Positions 58,883 through 64,000 of a DNA stretch of 64,000 bases are shown here, piece by piece. The notes beneath the pieces were generated by a model. It did not search any database, was not told the origin of the DNA, and worked only from the letters and a program-made list of their open reading frames with translations. This stretch comes from an uncultured Actinomycetota bacterium (GTDB lineage: Bacteria; Actinomycetota; Actinomycetes; DATJPE01): positions 466,713 through 530,712 of the forward strand of contig CAWFYH010000004.1 of NCBI GenBank assembly GCA_963819985.1, given 5' to 3'. How positions within the stretch are numbered: the stretch's first letter is position 1; each line of letters begins with the position of its first letter. The position numbers were made by a program, and so were the translations under genes.

Positions 58883-59086
58883 TCAGGGGATGACGCGGAC
58901 GTCCTCAGCCTGGGGGCCCTTCTGACCTTGGGTGATCTCAAGCTCGACGCGCTGGTCGGCCTCCAATGTGCGAAACCCGTCACTTTGGATCGCGCTGTAG
59001 TGGACGAAGACATCCTGCCCGCCGTCCACGGCGATGAAGCCGTAGCCCTTCTCCCCGTTGAACCACTTGACGGTGCCTTCGGCCAT
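58883..59086 (-). CDS. cspA: cold-shock protein CspA family
   Basis: 67 aa [33 protein letters not shown]... with the RNP1/RNP2 motifs. Confidence 0.92.
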   Translation of the reverse strand: MAEGTVKWFNGEKGYGFIAVDGGQDVFVHYSAIQSDGFRTLEADQRVELEITQGQKGPQAEDVRVIP

Positions 59087-59169
59087 GCTGCGCTCCCGAT
59101 CGGTGTCGTACGTCTCCCGCACTGCAACAACGAGACGAGAGTAGTGCGCCGATCCTTGCGGAACCAGGC

Positions 59170-59904
59170 TCAACTGGCTGCAGGTTGCGGGGGCAGGTCG
59201 AACTCGTCGTTGGTCATTCTCAGCAGGGCCACTGAAGCTCCCGCAAATCCCACCGCGGCCACGGTCAGGCCTGCGGCGATGAGCACGTTGTTGACGCTGA
59301 AGAACGGATGCGTGAAGGTCCCGAAGATCAGGGCCATGCCCATCCACGCGGGAGCCGCCTTGCTGCGCCATAGCGCGAATCCGAGCAGCGGCAGACCGAT
59401 CAGGATCGCGATGATGAAACCCAAGGATGCGAGCTGCTGGATCGGATTGGCCTCAAACGCATCCTCCAACGCGGAGATGGCCGACACGTCCAGCCCGTGC
59501 TGGGCTATGGCCAGCGCGTCATCATCCCCGCCGCGCAACACGGCGACCGCAGACAGGAGCCCACCAGCTCCCAGCACTGCGCCAATCGTCGTCAGTCGAG
59601 GCGCGCCGCGGCGGGACACCCAGGCCACGGCCACGATCGCCGGAACGATGAGCACGACGAACGCTGCGTCAAACCACTGCAGCACCTCCATCCGCTGCTG
59701 ATGGGCCGCGAAGGCTGCCACTCCGTCCGCCAGTGGGACGTCCCCCTTGCCTGGGTAGAGCAGGTAGTTCACTGCCTTCGCCAGCATGGGCAACGGTGCA
59801 ATGACCGCGAGCAGGATCCGCCAGAAGCCGCGCCAGTCGTGGAGGGCGGCAGCCGACGGCCGATCTGCAGAGGACGTTGAACGGCCTGCGGAGCTGATCG
59901 TCAT
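59170..59904 (-). CDS. hypothetical polytopic membrane protein
   Basis: ATG 59904 behind GGAGG. ~6 TM helices. No family recognised. Confidence 0.5.
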   Translation of the reverse strand: MTISSAGRSTSSADRPSAAALHDWRGFWRILLAVIAPLPMLAKAVNYLLYPGKGDVPLADGVAAFAAHQQRMEVLQWFDAAFVVLIVPAIVAVAWVSRRGAPRLTTIGAVLGAGGLLSAVAVLRGGDDDALAIAQHGLDVSAISALEDAFEANPIQQLASLGFIIAILIGLPLLGFALWRSKAAPAWMGMALIFGTFTHPFFSVNNVLIAAGLTVAAVGFAGASVALLRMTNDEFDLPPQPAAS

Positions 59905-60062
59905 GGGGACCTCCAGGGACGGCGGGAATCTGTCGGAGGCAACCCTGGGTCGCACGAAGTGATCCGTCATGGGAGCACCGGCCCAAAATCCCCCGGACGA
60001 ACCCGGGCCAATTAGGTGCCTGCTCCTATGTCCAGCACCCTCCAGCGGGGCCACAATGAACC

Positions 60063-62027
60063 ATGGTCGCTGCGGCCCGTGGCCCGATGGCCGTGTTGGG
60101 GGTGACGGTCGGGATTTCGGTCGCGGCCTGGTGGGCCTGGTTCATCGCAGGCAACACCTTCGCGGGATCTATCGAAACCTATCTGCTGTCAAACACGACG
60201 CTGGCCGTCACGTTCACAGCGTTCGGGGTGCTCGTCCTGGCCCATCGTCCCAGGCACACCATCGGTCGGCTGTTCATGGCCTTCGGTGCTTGCTATCTCG
60301 TGAGCGTCGCCTGCTTAGGTCTCGTCTCCGGTGCCTTTGCGCTATCCCCTGCCTGGGAGCGGTGGATCACCGTCGTCGGGATCACCGTCTGGATCCCCGC
60401 ACCCTTGGTGGTCCTTCCGCTGATCCTCCAGCTGTTCCCCGACGGACGCCCGCTTTCCTCGCGCTGGCGCCCCGTCGTGGCAGTTACTCTCGCCCTGACC
60501 TTGACCGCGCCGTTGCTGGCCCTGGCCCCAGGAGCGATCGAGGAAGAACCGATCGCTGACGCCAGTCCGCTACTGCCTGCTCGGGGCGGCGAGGCGGTCC
60601 AAGCCGTCCTACCGTTCTTCGGCGCTCTGGCCGCGGCGACCCTGCTGCTCAGCCTCGGCTCCCTGGCCCTCCGGGCGCGAAGGTCGGACGGAGTGCAGCG
60701 GCTGCAGGTTATGTGGCTGGTTTGGGCGGTCGCCGTCTTTGTCGTGCTCAACGCGCAACGCCTGGTCACTACCGACGGCCCGATCCTGTTCTTGCTGACC
60801 CTGGCGCTGATCCCGGCGGCCGGCACGGTGGCCATCGTGCGCTACCACCTCTACGACATCCGCCTGATCGTCAACCGATCTGCGGTCTACGGGATCCTCA
60901 CGCTGGGCGTCGTCCTTGCGTACCTGTCTCTCGTGGCTGTGATCGGCACGTTGGTCGGGGATCACACGCGGGCTGGGGCCCTGCTAGCAACGGGTGTGGT
61001 CGCTGTGGCCTTTGCCCCAGCACGTGCGCGCGTGCAAGCGCGCGTCGACCACGTGATGTACGGCCGCCGCCGCGATCCCGCGGAGGCCGCCGCCCGCGTC
61101 GTGGTTCGCCTGGGCGACGGTCTCGATGGCGTGCTGAGGGCGATGTGTGAAGCGCTGGCGCTGCCCTACGCGGCGGTCAGCTCGAACGGGCGCATCGTCG
61201 CCTCGCACGGTGTGCTCCCGGATCTTCGTCATACCTTCGCCCTCGATGCCCCAGAAGGCCTCGGGGCTGACCTGCTCGTGGGTCTGAGAATCGGCGAGTC
61301 AAGGCTGTCCAACGCCGACGAACGAACCCTGGATCTGCTGAGAGCACCGATCTCGGTCGCTTGGCAAGCCATGATCCTTTCGGAGGATCTCCTCGACTCC
61401 CGAGCGCGCATCGTCACCGGCCGGGAGGAGGAACGACGTCGCTTGCGGAGAGATTTGCACGACGCCCTCGGCGGCTCGCTGACCGCTGTGAGCCTCAAGG
61501 TCGACGCCGCACTCAACCTCAGGAAGGCGGATCCCCAGCGGTCCTACGAGCTGTTGACGGGGGTGCGGGCCGACCTGACAGCACTGATCGACGACATCCG
61601 TCGACTCGTGCACGCGCTGCGTCCCCAACCGCTGGACGAGCTCGGGCTCATCGGTGCCCTTCGGGAGCGAGCCGATCATGCATGGAGCCGAGAAGACGGC
61701 ACCTTCCTCGTCACCATCGACGCGCCTGACCCGATGCCTGCGATGCCTGCGGCCGTGGAGGTAGCGGCCTATCGGATCGCCTCCGAGGCCGTGACCAACA
61801 CCATGCGGCATGCCCAGGCCCGCCACTGCGCCGTCACGATGCGTGTGGACGGCGACCTCTTCCTCGAGGTCAGGGACGACGGGACGGACTGCACCAGGCC
61901 CTGGCGGCTCGGCGTGGGCCTGACGTCGATGACCGAGCGCGCGAGCGAGCTGGGCGGACGACTGGTGGCCGGCCCGACGGACCACGGCGGCCGGGTCCAC
62001 GCGGTGCTCCCCTTGGACCCCGCATGA
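60063..62027 (+). CDS. sensor histidine kinase (NarL-type HisKA_3/HATPase) with a large N-terminal multi-TM sensing domain
   Basis: ~8 TM helices in the first 320 aa, a linker/GAF-like region, an H-box EERRRLRRDLHDALGGSL, and an ATPase domain. Confidence 0.8.
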   Translation: MVAAARGPMAVLGVTVGISVAAWWAWFIAGNTFAGSIETYLLSNTTLAVTFTAFGVLVLAHRPRHTIGRLFMAFGACYLVSVACLGLVSGAFALSPAWERWITVVGITVWIPAPLVVLPLILQLFPDGRPLSSRWRPVVAVTLALTLTAPLLALAPGAIEEEPIADASPLLPARGGEAVQAVLPFFGALAAATLLLSLGSLALRARRSDGVQRLQVMWLVWAVAVFVVLNAQRLVTTDGPILFLLTLALIPAAGTVAIVRYHLYDIRLIVNRSAVYGILTLGVVLAYLSLVAVIGTLVGDHTRAGALLATGVVAVAFAPARARVQARVDHVMYGRRRDPAEAAARVVVRLGDGLDGVLRAMCEALALPYAAVSSNGRIVASHGVLPDLRHTFALDAPEGLGADLLVGLRIGESRLSNADERTLDLLRAPISVAWQAMILSEDLLDSRARIVTGREEERRRLRRDLHDALGGSLTAVSLKVDAALNLRKADPQRSYELLTGVRADLTALIDDIRRLVHALRPQPLDELGLIGALRERADHAWSREDGTFLVTIDAPDPMPAMPAAVEVAAYRIASEAVTNTMRHAQARHCAVTMRVDGDLFLEVRDDGTDCTRPWRLGVGLTSMTERASELGGRLVAGPTDHGGRVHAVLPLDPA

Positions 62028-62737
62028 CTGTCGAGCAGACGCCTGCTGACTCCCCCGCTGCCGAATTCTTGACTGCTGACAGCCCGATCCGGCTGGTCAT
62101 CGTCGACGACCACCCGCTCATGCGCGACGCGCTGCGGGCGTTGATGAGTTCGCTTCCCGACTTCGTGGTGGTCGGTGAAGCAAACGACGGGCTGACCGCG
62201 GCGAAAGAGGTCCAGCTGACCCGGCCCGACGTCGTGATCATGGACCTGCACCTGCCAGGGGCCAGTGGCATCGAGGCCACCCGAGCCATCCGCGAGAACT
62301 CACCCGGCACGAAAGTTCTCGTGCTGACCATGCTGGAGGACGATGACTCGGTCTTTTCAGCCATGCGCGCCGGCGCAGCGGGCTACGTGGTCAAAGGCGC
62401 GCAGCAGGACGAGATCGTGCGGTCGATTCGTTCGGTCGCTGCTGGCCAGGCCGTGTTCGGTCCATCCATCGCCGAACGCATCAGGGACTACTTTGCGCGC
62501 GGCAGCGCGAGGGCCACCCCCCGCGCCCCCTTCCCAGAGCTGACCCCGCGAGAACGCGAGATCCTCGACCTCGTGGCTCAGGGGCGGTCCAACTCATCGA
62601 TCGCGCAGATATTGGTGATCAGCACCAAGACGGTCAGTAACCACATCTCCGCCATCTTCGCCAAACTGGCCGTGGCGGATCGCTCCGAGGCCATCGTTCG
62701 GGCCCGCCAGGCCGGCCTCGGAGGCACGACGGACTGA
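62024..62737 (+). CDS. two-component response regulator, NarL/LuxR family
   Basis: ATGA-coupled to the kinase gene. Receiver domain (VVIMDLHLPG) plus LuxR HTH (EILDLVAQGRSNSSIAQILVISTKTVSNHI). Confidence 0.9.
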   Translation: MTVEQTPADSPAAEFLTADSPIRLVIVDDHPLMRDALRALMSSLPDFVVVGEANDGLTAAKEVQLTRPDVVIMDLHLPGASGIEATRAIRENSPGTKVLVLTMLEDDDSVFSAMRAGAAGYVVKGAQQDEIVRSIRSVAAGQAVFGPSIAERIRDYFARGSARATPRAPFPELTPREREILDLVAQGRSNSSIAQILVISTKTVSNHISAIFAKLAVADRSEAIVRARQAGLGGTTD

Positions 62738-62753
62738 GTGGCTGATCGAAGAT

Positions 62754-63029
62754 TCAGCCTCCGGCAACAGCAGGTATGACCGAGACCGAACATCCGTCGG
62801 GAGTCGCCGTCCCGAGTCCCTCGGCGAACCGTACGTCGTCGTCGTTGACGTAGACATTCACGAAGCGCCTCAGCTTGCCCTCGTCGTCGAGCACGCGAGC
62901 CCCGATCCCGGGGTGCGCGCCGTCCAGCGCCGCCACCACCTCCGCGACCGTGCCACCGTCGACCGACACCTCAGCGGCGCCGCCGGTGTATTGGCGCAGG
63001 ATGGTCGGAACCCGAACGGTGACGCTCAT
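62754..63029 (-). CDS. MoaD/ThiS-family sulfur-carrier protein with C-terminal Gly-Gly (CysO/MetO-like)
   Basis: 91 aa ending ...VIPAVAGG. The start overlaps the stop of the upstream threonine-synthase-like gene (ATGA). Confidence 0.75.
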   Translation of the reverse strand: MSVTVRVPTILRQYTGGAAEVSVDGGTVAEVVAALDGAHPGIGARVLDDEGKLRRFVNVYVNDDDVRFAEGLGTATPDGCSVSVIPAVAGG

Positions 63030-64000
63030 CAGGACACAACCTCTCGGAAGGCTTCTAGGGACGGGCTGATCGTGGCAGACGGCCCGACCACCGGGGCGAC
63101 CGCATCGAGGGTTTTCAGCCCCTCCCCGGTATTCAGGATGACCGTCTCCGCCGACGGATCCAAGGCCCCACTCGCCAGCAGCGCACGCAGGACGGCGACG
63201 GTCACTCCGCCCGCGGTCTCCGCAAAGATCCCTTCCGTCTCGGCAAGCAGCCTGATCCCTTCGACCACCTGCTCGTCCGAGACGTCGCCGACGGCGCCGC
63301 CCGTCCGGCGAACCACGTCGAGGGCGTACGGCCCGTCCGCGGGATTGCCGATGGCCAACGACTTGGCGATCGTCTGCGGGCGCACGGGGCGGACCACGTC
63401 ATGACCGGCACGCCAAGCCTGGGCCACTGGTGAGCAGCCGGTCGCCTGGGCGCCGAAGACGCGGCACGGCGTCCCCTCCACCAACCCCAGGGAGGCCAGC
63501 TCCCGGAAGGCTTTGTCGACCTTGGTCAGCAACGAGCCGGACGCGACCGGAGAGACGATCTGCTCAGGAAGCCGCCAGCCGAGATCCTCGGCCACCTCGT
63601 ATCCGACGGTCTTGGACCCCTCGGCGTAGTAGGGCCGCAGGTTGACGTTGACGAAGCCCCAGTCGGACTTGTCCGGCTCTCCCGCGATCTCCGAGCACAG
63701 CCGGTTGACGTCGTCGTAGGTGCCGTCGACAGCGACCAGCGTGCCGCCATACACGGCCGTGGTCAGCACCTTGCCCGCCTCGAGGTCGGACGGGATGACC
63801 ACCACGGAGCGCAGGCCCGCTCGGGCGGCTGCAGCTGCCACGGCGTTGGCCAGGTTGCCCGTGGAGGCACAAGCGATGGTGCGCACCCCAAGAGGGCGAG
63901 CGGCGGCGAGAGCGACGGCGACCACCCGGTCCTTGAACGAGTGCGTGGGGTTGCCGCTGTCGTCCTTCACCCACAACGTCTTCATACCGAGGGCGCGAGC
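63029..64000 (-). CDS. threonine-synthase-like fold-II PLP enzyme (MetM/ThrC-like); N-terminus outside the window
   Basis: PTHSFKDRVVAVAL...IACASTGNLANAVAAAAARAGL matches the threonine synthase PLP-lysine region and glycine-rich loop. The ORF continues beyond nt 64000. Confidence 0.7.
   Translation of the reverse strand, partial: ARALGMKTLWVKDDSGNPTHSFKDRVVAVALAAARPLGVRTIACASTGNLANAVAAAAARAGLRSVVVIPSDLEAGKVLTTAVYGGTLVAVDGTYDDVNRLCSEIAGEPDKSDWGFVNVNLRPYYAEGSKTVGYEVAEDLGWRLPEQIVSPVASGSLLTKVDKAFRELASLGLVEGTPCRVFGAQATGCSPVAQAWRAGHDVVRPVRPQTIAKSLAIGNPADGPYALDVVRRTGGAVGDVSDEQVVEGIRLLAETEGIFAETAGGVTVAVLRALLASGALDPSAETVILNTGEGLKTLDAVAPVVGPSATISPSLEAFREVVS

Overview
High-GC actinobacterial chromosomal window (Nocardioides/Mycobacterium-like gene content), dense with genes on both strands. 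Features in order. (1) 3-prime end of a soluble NAD-linked formate dehydrogenase operon (fdsB partial, fdsA, fdsD), followed by a tRNA-Arg(CCT). (2) A truncated acyl-CoA-synthetase-like remnant, then a respiratory nitrate reductase/transport block narG, narH with a NarJ region in-frame, narI, narK. A DosR-type palindrome sits 35-50 bp upstream of narG. (3) Housekeeping and assorted genes: glutaminase, SDR, NlpC/P60, IdeR, photolyase, PdxH, citrate synthase, SerC, two cold-shock proteins, and GroEL with dual CIRCE. (4) An orphan ParA-like ATPase coupled to a lysine-rich RHH protein, followed by two palindrome-containing direct repeats. (5) A secreted His/Asp-rich 24-bp-repeat protein translationally coupled to a NarL-family two-component system, followed by a Tat-exported Rieske lipoprotein. 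(6) A helicase neighbourhood: Rv0862c-like partner, XPB/ERCC3, HD hydrolase, DUF4031, HelD-like helicase. (7) A putative amine-catabolic regulon: class-III aminotransferase, alpha-only Rieske oxygenase, CrtI-like flavoprotein, a frameshifted MFS/cNMP transporter, acyl-CoA dehydrogenase and a PotD-type ABC importer. Three of its promoter regions share an AACTGAAC-N4-AGTCAG operator-like motif. (8) An 89-bp tandem triplication (MIRU/VNTR-like) that duplicates the groEL stop region. (9) A second NarL-type two-component system. (10) A MoaD-like sulfur carrier translationally coupled to a threonine-synthase-like PLP enzyme (MetO/MetM-like). No CRISPR array, rRNA or intact transposase was seen. Many long antisense ORFs in the track are high-GC artefacts.
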